Shown piece by piece: positions 28,235 to 36,893 of a DNA stretch of 36,893 nt. Both the position numbers and the translations under genes were made by a program. Positions within the stretch are counted from its first letter, which is position 1. Every line of letters starts with the position of its first letter. The notes beneath the pieces were generated by a model, which worked only from the letters and a program-made list of their open reading frames with translations, was not told where the DNA came from and did no database searches. The stretch comes from an uncultured Flavobacterium sp. (lineage in GTDB: Bacteria > Bacteroidota > Bacteroidia > Flavobacteriales > Flavobacteriaceae). The stretch is taken from contig CBDUEE010000001.1 in assembly GCA_965366105.1 (NCBI GenBank), positions 1 to 36,893 of the forward strand, given 5' to 3'.

Positions 28235-31200
28235 TTAAAGTATTACAAGTTTTTCAAATTTTTCGCTTTTCATATTTGTAGACGTTGATTTTACAGTGAG
28301 TTTATAGACATAAACGCCTTTCCCAATTTTATCTCCAAAATCATCTTTACCATCCCAAGTAATCTCTTTTGACAAAAACCCTTCCGTTGTAATAATTTGA
28401 TTTTTTGTCCAAACTATTTTTCCAGTTATTGTCATTACTTGAACCTGTACTTCTAGTGGCTCATAAGGTTTGTTATGCGTAAACCAAAACTCTGTATAGT
28501 TTACAAACGGATTGGGATAATTTAAAACATGTGTCAATGTTATTGTATCGTTATCCGTCACAATAAATTGAATTTCGGCGATTACAGGGTTATTATATAC
28601 ATCCCAAGCTTTGAATACAATAGTGTGCAATCCCGGTGATAATTTACGTAAAGGAAACCGAACTGTTCCAGTTGTAAAATCATCCAATTTAGTTTGGTAA
28701 TAATCATTTAAAAGAAAAGGATTACTTACATCTCCGTCTAACACAGCAACAATATCATGCCCTATTCCGCTAGCGGTATTTATTCCGTTTTCATCTTCAA
28801 GAATGGCTACTAGAAAAGGAGATTCATTTGTTATTCCTCCTGAAACAAAAGTTTCATCATTCATATATAACTTCACTCTTGGGCTAATATTGTCTGCAAT
28901 AGCATTTTCGTTTATCCCTCCTATTTTTATAGTGGAGTCAAATCCTGTTTCGTTTTCTAATAGATTGTTCTTTTTAGCATAAAAACTGATCCTTCCGCTT
29001 GCCAATGGTACTCTAATATCTCTAGGTACGACAAAACTAAATTCAAATTGACCATTTGTAATCGATGCATTTCCTCTAAATATTGTTTCTCCTAAAACAT
29101 TAAAGTTAATTGGAGGACTATTTCCATCATTATTATAAGTTGTTCTGGCTATAATTTTGTCGAATACCGTAGTAGATACCTCGCCATTATAGTTAGTTAA
29201 TGGATTGTTATTTTCATCAGTAACTTCACCTGTTAATTTAATTTTTGATAATGATTTGAAATTATCAATGGGTTGAGTTAGTGGAATGTCATTTACTTTT
29301 GTAAGCCTTATTTTTGGTTTGGGTATAGCAAGCATTAATGCTGGATCTCCAATATAAAAAACAACATTTGTTGCCGAATTAGGATTGCTATTTTTTGAAA
29401 TTCGTAGTGCTTCTGCGATTGATGTGTATTGGTTAGAACCGTATGATAATAAATTTTTTGTAAACGTATCGTTAAAGTTTTCAGCGCTAGACTGTCCAAT
29501 AGAACGTATCGTAGTAACCATTGCGATGGCACCACCTTTTGGATTCCAATAAGTATATTCACCTGCTGTTGGTCTAAACGGATTGTCAAATCGAGAAAAC
29601 TCGCAAGTAATCGTTATAAATAAGGGGTATTTATTCTGGTTGCTCAAGTTTTGACCATCTGATTTTTCCCAAATTCTTTCAGAGGAAAGACCATCTTCAC
29701 CACCATGACCTAAATAATTAAATATTAAAGCTCCTTTTTCGAAAGCATTAAAGAAGTCAATTCGTGCTTTTGGATACCTGTTTCCTCCCGCAGATGCTTC
29801 TTGTAAATAGGAGTCTAATAAAATTTTATTCACATTTAAAAAAGGCTTTTCGGTAGCAATCGTATTTGCAAGGCTATTTTGTCTATTCTGCATACTGGCA
29901 TCTGATGGTCTATCCGAATCATCAGCAATTAAGACAACATTATTTCTCCAACTACCGTATGATTTTAAATCATGGTATTCAATAACCTTATTTACCATTT
30001 CATCAGCCTGTTTCATGTCATTTACAAGCATTCTACCAACTGCTATATCAATTCCTCCAAAAAAGTTGGTGATATTTCCTTCCGAAGCATCCATCAGTCC
30101 AAAAAAATCATCCGATGCAAAAGAAGATTCACCTGTACTACTACTATTTAAGGCATGGTAAATAGGAACTATATTAGTGTTGTTTGTGATTCTATTTTTA
30201 TAGTCATAAGATGCATCGCCAAAAAGATTGATGTATTTTACCCTTTTCTCTGTTGTTGATGCATTCTCATAAATATATTTTATGCAATTGCGTATAGCAG
30301 CAATATCCTGTTTTCCTGAGGAGAACTCCTGATATATTAACTCTAAAGGAATTACTTTTACATTTAAATTAGAATGATTACGGTGAAAAGTAGCTAATTT
30401 CTCTGCGGATGAAACTAAAAAAGCAGGTGAAATAATCACATAATCAATGTCTTGAAATTGACCTTGACTGTTTTTAAATAGCGATCCTTTTAGATTTTGA
30501 TTCGCAATTTTTGATTTATTGTCTTTTAAAGGAGTATAAAAATCTGTAGGATCCAATGCGATATATTTTCTAAGTTCACCCAAATTTGCTTTGAAATTTA
30601 ATGTATTCTGATTTGAATTCTCAATTTTGGTAACATTATAAAGGTCTGTAATATCCCAAATTTGAGTAATCGCTGTAGCATTTGAAATTTCATAATTTAC
30701 AACACCAATAGCAGATTCAGATTGATTGTATTGAAATTGAAATTGTTTACCGTAGCCCTTAAGATTTCTTTTGGCTACAAGCCTGATATAATCTAAAAAG
30801 CCCTTGGAACCTGGAACGCCACTATTATTGTAGTTCAATTTTATGTTTATATTTTCTGCTCCAGTAAAATTGGCATTACTTGGCAAAGATCCTAAAAAAA
30901 ATTCGGTTCCAGAACCATTAGTTAACGCTGGGAAGGTAATGATTCCAACTGCATTTCCATTAGCAGTTACCGTAAATGAGGTCGATGTAAAAGCAGCTGA
31001 AGCGGCCGTTAATATAATTTTTACTGGAACTGAAGTGTCGATATTTGGAAAATTGAAATCAAATTCTTGCTCGTTTTTTACTTCGAATGATTCGCCAAAC
31101 CATTGACGACCCAAACGAGCTACATTAATCAGGTCTAATTCATGGAATTGGTAATCATCGAATGTGGTCAAATTTAAAGTACTATTCCCTGTAGGCTGAA

Positions 31201-32065
31201 TAATAGGATTTATTCTTTTTCCATCAACTCCTTGAACTGTTATATAGTAATACGATTTTTTATCATATAAGTTAACATTTGTTCTGCTTTCTTGATTCCA
31301 AGTATCTACTCCTTCTGCATAAAAAAGGATATAGTCTTCGTTATTAAAAACACCATCACTTTCTCCGTTAATTTGAATCGCATTTTCTTGCAAATCATTT
31401 GGGTAATAAATATTGTTCGATAGCGGTAACATTCGGCCACCATTACCATATATTTTTAATTTTCTAGGATCAATATTAGAAATATCTAATCCTAGTTGCT
31501 GTAGAAAAATTTTAGTAATTTTATAAACACCCGATTTCTCTACATAAAATTGAAACCAATTACCACTAGATAATATCGAATTTGAAATTGCATTAGTAGT
31601 AGAATTAAATCGTGCTACTTTTGATGTACTATTTACAATTTCATATGAAAAAGATTTGATTCTTTTGAATCCAAAATCATCTTTAATAATAGGAGAAAGA
31701 TTGATGAACGCTTCATGAATATTTCTTGACTTCGCAACAATTAGATTTGCATTAATAGATTTTGGAATATTAACTGAGGATAGATCCCCAAGCTGAACTA
31801 ACGATATTGATTCATAATTTATATTTGTGACTAGAACCTTCCCTTGATCAAAAGCAGCAATCTCATTTATTTTTAAACTAAAAAAAAGTGTTTTATTAGA
31901 ATTATCATAATGGAAACTGTTGCCTATAAATTGAGGAATTGTAATTTTATAATCCCCATAAGACATTTCCTTGTTTTCTAACCATTCTATAGTGATATCT
32001 CCTTTAATTTGAGCAAAAGAAACAAAAGGAAGCAGGGCCATTAAAGCCAAAAATATTTTTCTCAT
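28235..32065 (-). CDS. porU: Type IX secretion sortase PorU (C25 gingipain-like)
   Basis: 1276 aa; LFGDASYDYK, SDDFFG, GHGG (His) and TCEF (Cys), GDPAL, KAWDVYNN, CTD NYPNPF...GVYVYKL...KLVIL. Confidence 0.94.
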   Translation of the reverse strand: MRKIFLALMALLPFVSFAQIKGDITIEWLENKEMSYGDYKITIPQFIGNSFHYDNSNKTLFFSLKINEIAAFDQGKVLVTNINYESISLVQLGDLSSVNIPKSINANLIVAKSRNIHEAFINLSPIIKDDFGFKRIKSFSYEIVNSTSKVARFNSTTNAISNSILSSGNWFQFYVEKSGVYKITKIFLQQLGLDISNIDPRKLKIYGNGGRMLPLSNNIYYPNDLQENAIQINGESDGVFNNEDYILFYAEGVDTWNQESRTNVNLYDKKSYYYITVQGVDGKRINPIIQPTGNSTLNLTTFDDYQFHELDLINVARLGRQWFGESFEVKNEQEFDFNFPNIDTSVPVKIILTAASAAFTSTSFTVTANGNAVGIITFPALTNGSGTEFFLGSLPSNANFTGAENINIKLNYNNSGVPGSKGFLDYIRLVAKRNLKGYGKQFQFQYNQSESAIGVVNYEISNATAITQIWDITDLYNVTKIENSNQNTLNFKANLGELRKYIALDPTDFYTPLKDNKSKIANQNLKGSLFKNSQGQFQDIDYVIISPAFLVSSAEKLATFHRNHSNLNVKVIPLELIYQEFSSGKQDIAAIRNCIKYIYENASTTEKRVKYINLFGDASYDYKNRITNNTNIVPIYHALNSSSTGESSFASDDFFGLMDASEGNITNFFGGIDIAVGRMLVNDMKQADEMVNKVIEYHDLKSYGSWRNNVVLIADDSDRPSDASMQNRQNSLANTIATEKPFLNVNKILLDSYLQEASAGGNRYPKARIDFFNAFEKGALIFNYLGHGGEDGLSSERIWEKSDGQNLSNQNKYPLFITITCEFSRFDNPFRPTAGEYTYWNPKGGAIAMVTTIRSIGQSSAENFNDTFTKNLLSYGSNQYTSIAEALRISKNSNPNSATNVVFYIGDPALMLAIPKPKIRLTKVNDIPLTQPIDNFKSLSKIKLTGEVTDENNNPLTNYNGEVSTTVFDKIIARTTYNNDGNSPPINFNVLGETIFRGNASITNGQFEFSFVVPRDIRVPLASGRISFYAKKNNLLENETGFDSTIKIGGINENAIADNISPRVKLYMNDETFVSGGITNESPFLVAILEDENGINTASGIGHDIVAVLDGDVSNPFLLNDYYQTKLDDFTTGTVRFPLRKLSPGLHTIVFKAWDVYNNPVIAEIQFIVTDNDTITLTHVLNYPNPFVNYTEFWFTHNKPYEPLEVQVQVMTITGKIVWTKNQIITTEGFLSKEITWDGKDDFGDKIGKGVYVYKLTVKSTSTNMKSEKFEKLVIL

Positions 32066-32264
32066 TGCTTTTTTAACGGGATTAATTGTAGGTTATTATT
32101 AAATAGTAAAAATAATTTTTTTAGTGTAATTTTAATTAATAATTATTATAAATTTGCATTGTATTTAACAATTTAATGGTATACTTATATTTATTAAAAA
32201 AGTTAGATGCTATTAATTGTTAATTGTTATATTGCGTCACTAAAATTATTACCTACTAAAGAGT

Positions 32265-33947
32265 ATGAAAGCAAAGAGAGTTATGGGCATACAGTTGTTA
32301 CTATCAATCATGTTGGTTGTTGGTTCTTCTAGTTGCAGTAAAAAATCCAGTTCTAAAAACACTTCTAGAGCAACGGGTTGGAATATGGATAGTAAAAAAG
32401 GCTCAAGCAATAAAAAACAACAAGCAGGACCAGGTTTGGTTTTTGTGGAAGGAGGTACATTTACAATGGGTAAAGTACAAGATGACGTTATGCATGATTG
32501 GAATAACTCACCAACTCAACAACATGTTCAATCTTTCTATATGGATGAGACTGAAGTAACGAACTCTATGTACTTAAATTATTTAGAATGGTTAAAAAAT
32601 GTTTATCCTCCAACAGAAGAAAACTACAAAAACATTTATGAAGGTGCCTCTCCAGATACTTTAGTATGGAGAAATAGATTGGGTTATAATGAAACCATGA
32701 CTAATAATTACTTAAGACATCCATCTTATGCTGAGTATCCAGTAGTTGGAGTAAACTGGATTCAAGCAGTTGAATTTAGTAATTGGAGAACACAACGTGT
32801 AAACGAAGCTCTTTTAGAAAAAAATGGTTACCTAAAAAAGAATGCAAAAACACTTGATGTTTCTGCAGAAAGTAATTTTGATACCGAAACTTATTTAACT
32901 TCACCTACTTCTACTTATGGAGGAAATGAAGAAATTGTATTAAAAGAAGGAAAAAAAGGAAAAAAAGCTCCTAAAGCAGGAAAAGATGGGGTAGCTGTTG
33001 AGGCAAAAAATGTGTATGCACAACGTTCTTCAGGAATACTTCTTCCGGAATATAGACTACCAACTGAAGCAGAATGGGAATACGCTGCGGCAGCAGATGT
33101 AGGACAAAGAGAATATAACACATACAAAGGTCAGAAAAAATATCCTTGGTCAGGTGGCTACACTCGTTCTGGAAAGAGACAAACTAAAGGAGATCAATTA
33201 GCTAATTTCAAGCAAGGAAATGGAGATTACGGTGGAATCGCAGGTTGGTCTGATGATGGTGCTGATATAACAAATGAAGTAAAAAAATATCCAGCTAATG
33301 ATTTTGGTTTGTATGACATGGCTGGAAACGTAGCAGAATGGGTACAAGATGTTTACAGACCTATTATTGATAACGAATCGAATGATTTCAATTACTTTAG
33401 AGGGAATTTATACACAAAAAATAAAATTGGTGCTGATGGTAAAATAGTAATTGTTACCAAAGACAATATTAAATATGACACCTTGAGTAATGGTAGAATA
33501 ATTGCTAGAAATTTTCCAGGTCAAATTGCCAAGATACCAGTTGATGAGAACGAGACTTATTTAAGACAAAATTTCGACAAAAGTAATAACATCAATTATA
33601 GAGATGGTGATAAGCAATCAACAAGATATTATAATTTTGGAGATGATTCTTCAGATGAAAAATCTAAGTCGGATAAAATAATGTACAATTCTCCTAAACA
33701 TAATGTTACAACAGACAGTTTAGGTAAAATGGTTAGAAAATATGATAAATCTAACAAAAGAACTACATTAATAAATGATGAATCAAGAGTTTACAAAGGT
33801 GGATCTTGGAGAGATAGAGCATACTGGTTAGACCCTGCACAAAGACGCTATTTCCCACAAGATATGGCTACAGATTATATTGGTTTTAGATGCGCTATGT
33901 CAAGAGTAGGTCCTAAAGCAGACAAGAAAAGATCAGTAAGAAATTAA
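32265..33947 (+). CDS. gldJ: Gliding motility lipoprotein GldJ
   Basis: Lipoprotein Cys (SSSC), SRATGW, FGE-sulfatase-like motifs GGTFTMG, RLPTEAEWEYAA, DMAGNVAEW, KGGSW, IGFRCAM; divergent from porU, before murF. Confidence 0.94.
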   Translation: MKAKRVMGIQLLLSIMLVVGSSSCSKKSSSKNTSRATGWNMDSKKGSSNKKQQAGPGLVFVEGGTFTMGKVQDDVMHDWNNSPTQQHVQSFYMDETEVTNSMYLNYLEWLKNVYPPTEENYKNIYEGASPDTLVWRNRLGYNETMTNNYLRHPSYAEYPVVGVNWIQAVEFSNWRTQRVNEALLEKNGYLKKNAKTLDVSAESNFDTETYLTSPTSTYGGNEEIVLKEGKKGKKAPKAGKDGVAVEAKNVYAQRSSGILLPEYRLPTEAEWEYAAAADVGQREYNTYKGQKKYPWSGGYTRSGKRQTKGDQLANFKQGNGDYGGIAGWSDDGADITNEVKKYPANDFGLYDMAGNVAEWVQDVYRPIIDNESNDFNYFRGNLYTKNKIGADGKIVIVTKDNIKYDTLSNGRIIARNFPGQIAKIPVDENETYLRQNFDKSNNINYRDGDKQSTRYYNFGDDSSDEKSKSDKIMYNSPKHNVTTDSLGKMVRKYDKSNKRTTLINDESRVYKGGSWRDRAYWLDPAQRRYFPQDMATDYIGFRCAMSRVGPKADKKRSVRN

Positions 33948-33956
33948 ATTTATAAT

Positions 33957-33996
33957 AAAAAAATAAAAGCCCTTTCATTAGGGCTTTTATTTTTTT
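33957..33996 (+). terminator. Intrinsic terminator after gldJ
   Basis: AAAAAAATAAAAGCCCT-TTCATT-AGGGCTTTTATTTTTTT. Confidence 0.8.
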
Positions 33997-34008
33997 AAAC
34001 CTTTCCAA

Positions 34009-35295
34009 ATGGATATTAGTTACATTCATAGTATATTTTTAAAATGTGATTCAGTTTCGATAGATACTCGTAAAATCGAACCAAATTCATTATTTTTTGC
34101 CATAAAAGGAGATCGTTTTAATGCAAATGCATTCGCAAAGTCAGCATTAGACAAAGGTGCTACTTATGTAATAATTGATGATGAATCTTATTTTATCGAC
34201 CAAAGGACTATATTAGTTAAAAATACTTTAGTTACATTACAGGAATTAGCAAAATTCCATCGTGATTATTTAAACCTTCCCATCATAGCTCTAACTGGTA
34301 GCAACGGTAAAACAACAACGAAGGAATTAATTCAAGTCGTACTTTCAAAAAAGTATAAAACTAAGGCTACTTTAGGAAATCTAAACAACCATATTGGAGT
34401 CCCATTAACCCTACTTTCATTTAATTCAGATACTGAAATTGGAATAGTAGAAATGGGAGCAAATCACAAAAAAGAAATTGAATTTCTCTGTGAATTAGCA
34501 AAACCAAATTACGGCTATATAACTAATTTTGGTAAAGCCCATTTAGAAGGATTTGGAGGTATTGAAGGAGTGATTCAAGGTAAATGTGAAATGTACAATT
34601 ATCTTTCTAATCAAAATGCTGTCGTTTTTGTAAATCTGGAAGATACAATTCAAACAGAAAAAACTAAGAATTTAAAATCCTATACATTCGGTATAAACAG
34701 AATGAATGCCGATGTTAACATAGAGGGTATAAAAGCCGATCCATTTGTACAAATAAACTATGCTGATCATATTATAAAGTCTCATTTAATTGGATTGTAT
34801 AATGCAAATAATATTAATGCAGCTTTAACAATAGCAAAGTATTTTGAAGTTTCTAATAGTGCAATAAAAGAAGCTTTGGAGACTTATATTCCTAAAAATA
34901 ATAGATCTCAATTAATTACAAAAGGAACAAATCAAATTATTTTAGATGCTTACAATGCTAACCCAAGTAGCATGAAAGTCGCCATAGAGAATTTTTTACA
35001 ATTAGAAAATTCAAATAAAATTTTGATTTTAGGTGATATGTTTGAATTAGGACAAGAAAGTCTCGAAGAGCATAAAGCTATAATTACAATGTTGATGAAT
35101 CAAGAAAAAGTGAAATGTTATTTTGTTGGTTCAGCATTTTATGTAAATAAGATTGAAAATAATAATTTTTGTTTTTATGAATCCTTTAAAAGTTTTTCTA
35201 CTGAATTAGCCACTACTAAATTTGTAAATTGCTCACTTTTAATAAAAGGATCTAGAGGAATGGCATTAGAACGAACGTTGGATTTTATTTCATAA
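34009..35295 (+). CDS. murF: UDP-N-acetylmuramoyl-tripeptide--D-alanyl-D-alanine ligase
   Basis: DTRKI, TGSNGKTTTKE, NNHIGVPLT, EMGANH, DAYNANP, GDMFELG, KGSRG. Confidence 0.97.
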   Translation: MDISYIHSIFLKCDSVSIDTRKIEPNSLFFAIKGDRFNANAFAKSALDKGATYVIIDDESYFIDQRTILVKNTLVTLQELAKFHRDYLNLPIIALTGSNGKTTTKELIQVVLSKKYKTKATLGNLNNHIGVPLTLLSFNSDTEIGIVEMGANHKKEIEFLCELAKPNYGYITNFGKAHLEGFGGIEGVIQGKCEMYNYLSNQNAVVFVNLEDTIQTEKTKNLKSYTFGINRMNADVNIEGIKADPFVQINYADHIIKSHLIGLYNANNINAALTIAKYFEVSNSAIKEALETYIPKNNRSQLITKGTNQIILDAYNANPSSMKVAIENFLQLENSNKILILGDMFELGQESLEEHKAIITMLMNQEKVKCYFVGSAFYVNKIENNNFCFYESFKSFSTELATTKFVNCSLLIKGSRGMALERTLDFIS

Positions 35296-35550
35296 ACACT
35301 CTATAATATCAAATAAAAAAATAATTACTAATTATTTGAATGGTATTTTTTATTTAATGATATTCTCATTGTGAAATTTGTGCAATTTTATCCTTTTAAT
35401 TATAAGCCCATATTGCTTATTGCATTACTAGTCTATCATAGAGTTAACTCTAAAACATCTACGATTTAGCTTATAAATGTACTAATCTTAATGTAATTAT
35501 AGTTAATCTCCTTTTATTTTTGATGATTTCTAAAAAATTTTGTTTTGCGT

Positions 35551-35658
35551 GATACTGTACTAAAAAGTGTGTAAATAAAAAAATTGGGGTTTTAAATTAC
35601 AAACGATAAACTTACAGATTAATGAACTTTACAGAAGGACAAATTTTGGAATTATAAA
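35551..35658 (+). mobile_element. Left-end fragment of a probable IS256-family element, truncated at the ISL3 junction
   Basis: GATACTGTACTAAAAAGTGTGTAAA resembles IS256-family terminal IRs (GA..../TGTGTAAA); short ORF MNFTEGQILEL* at 35622-35657 abuts the ISL3 end. Confidence 0.5.
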
Positions 35659-35724
35659 GGATCAATACATATTGTCGTGGGGAAATATTAAAATATAGAT
35701 ATTTGTGTTTCCAAATTATTCCAA

Positions 35725-36088
35725 ATGCAAGATTCCTATAGCGAACTAATTAAGTTATTATTACCAGAAATCATTTTTGACTATTTTGAATTGACTTCTT
35801 GTAAAAAGGAACAAGAGATACTTCATCTTTATTTGAAGGAGATTAATTCAATTCCTAAAGAACACCGACCTTTTAAATTAAGTTCAAAAGGCTTTTTTGA
35901 TGAGATTACGTTCAAGATTTTCCTATTCGTGGACATCAAGTATATCTTCATATTTCTCGTAGAAGGTGGTTAACGAAGATACTGGTAAGGTTGTATTTAG
36001 AAAATGGAACTTAGTAGCGGACGGAACTCGTGTAACACAGGAGTTTGCGTCTTTTTTAAAAGAGATCAATAGATTCCAGTCCAAATAA
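35725..36088 (+). pseudogene. ISAon1-type transposase N-terminal ORF with two frameshifts
   Basis: LLLPE..DYFEL...SKGFFDEIT / VQDFPIRGHQVYLHISRRRW / NEDTGKVVFRKWNLVADGTRVTQEFASFLK, split across frames near 35909 and 35972. Confidence 0.82.
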
Positions 36089-36881
36089 TTGTAATGCTAT
36101 AGCCTCATTCTACGGGGTTTCAGCAAGAAATTTGCAATATCAGTATAAAGATTATTTAAGCGATTTTAAGGCTTGGGAACAAAAGTCGCACGCAAAACAA
36201 TGGCTAATTTTTCCTAAAAATATTGGAAAACGTTTATCAATAGATGATACATCCCTCTCCAATGGCGAACTCTATACTATTGTAACCAACAAAGCTGGTA
36301 AAAGTAGAAAGGGAACTATAGTAGCAATGCTTGCTGGAACCATAGCAGAAACAGTAATTACTATATTAGAAAAAATACCACTAAAGCTAAGAAATTCAGT
36401 TACAGAAATAACACTCGATATGGCGGCTAATATGGGGCTTATTGCTAAGAAATGTTTCTCTAATGCGGTAAGAGTTACCGACCGATTCCATGTTCAAAAA
36501 CTAGCACTCGAAGCTTTACAAGAAATCAGGATTAAATATAGGTGGTAAGCAATTGATATGGAGAACGATGTTATTGAAAAAGCATATCAACTTGCTCAAG
36601 ACTTACGAAATGTTTTTGAAAACATTACTGATAAAATTTATGGTTTATCCAAATTAGCTAAATGGCATTAAAAGGTAGCTCAAGCTGAATTTAAATCATT
36701 TAATACGATATCTAGATCAATACAGAGTCATTATCAAACAATCATAAACTATTTTGACAACAGAAGCACTAATGCTTCAGCGTAGTCTTTCAATGCTAAA
36801 ATAAAAGCTTTTAGATCTCAATTTATAGGTGTGAGGAACGTAGAGTTTTTCCTGTTTAGATTAACTAAGTTATTTGCTTAA
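36060..36881 (+). pseudogene. ISL3-family DDE transposase main ORF with three nonsense codons
   Basis: LSIDDTSLSNGELYT, EITLDMA, DRFHVQKL, NRSTNASA*SFNAKIKAFR; in-frame stops at 36546, 36669 and 36783. Confidence 0.88.
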
Positions 36882-36893
36882 TCCCCAAGTTTT

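Larger units (their letters stand above)
35659..36893 (+). mobile_element. Degenerate ISL3-family (ISAon1-type) insertion sequence; right end cut by the window edge
   Basis: Left end GGATCAAT...GTGGGGAAAT; AATCCCCAAGTTTT right after the transposase stop; two-ORF transposase. Confidence 0.8.

Noticed and set aside
3090..33127. Other short nested or antisense ORFs in the track (e.g. 3090, 8348, 11553, 13120, 14042, 15795, 18767, 19346, 22993, 29335, 30843, 32317, 32915)
   Set aside because: All overlap well-supported genes and lack recognisable motifs
36546..36785. Stop-codon recoding in the transposase
   Set aside because: Mixed TAA/TAG stops plus frameshifts indicate decay; other genes use standard stops
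1..36893. CRISPR arrays, rRNA, riboswitches (e.g. glycine riboswitch before gcvP), defence systems
   Set aside because: No repeat-spacer periodicity, rRNA-like sequence or defence genes; the 147-bp gcvP upstream region is AT-rich with no aptamer-like motif

Overview
AT-rich Bacteroidota chromosome segment, very likely Flavobacterium (gldJ-porU-porV, TAnnTTTG promoters, no obvious Shine-Dalgarno sites). Most of it is core genome. Left part: UbiA-like membrane protein, gcvP, FabH-like synthase, a methyltransferase-GT2-MlaE-MlaF run, SprT, SDR, GNAT, acyl-CoA dehydrogenase, chalcone-isomerase-fold protein, Glu/Leu/Phe/Val dehydrogenase, exbB-exbD-tonB-folC and tRNA-Val(TAC). Right part: AsmA-like protein, miaE, GT4, pdhC, pdhA, cdd, porV, porU, gldJ and murF. 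The window ends in a decayed ISL3 (ISAon1-type) element that appears to sit inside the left end of an IS256-family element. I see no clearly new multi-gene system. The strongest unexplained signals are non-coding: (1) two divergent intergenic hairpins (5468-5610 minus; 23521-23622 plus) with the same periodic G.A-mismatch stem and compensatory base pairs, probably Flavo-1-like structured RNAs/repeats; (2) a 12-bp palindromic operator candidate before the FabH gene; (3) two probable leaderless genes; (4) a possible G>T mutation bias. Comparisons with homologs are from memory of the families and need database confirmation.
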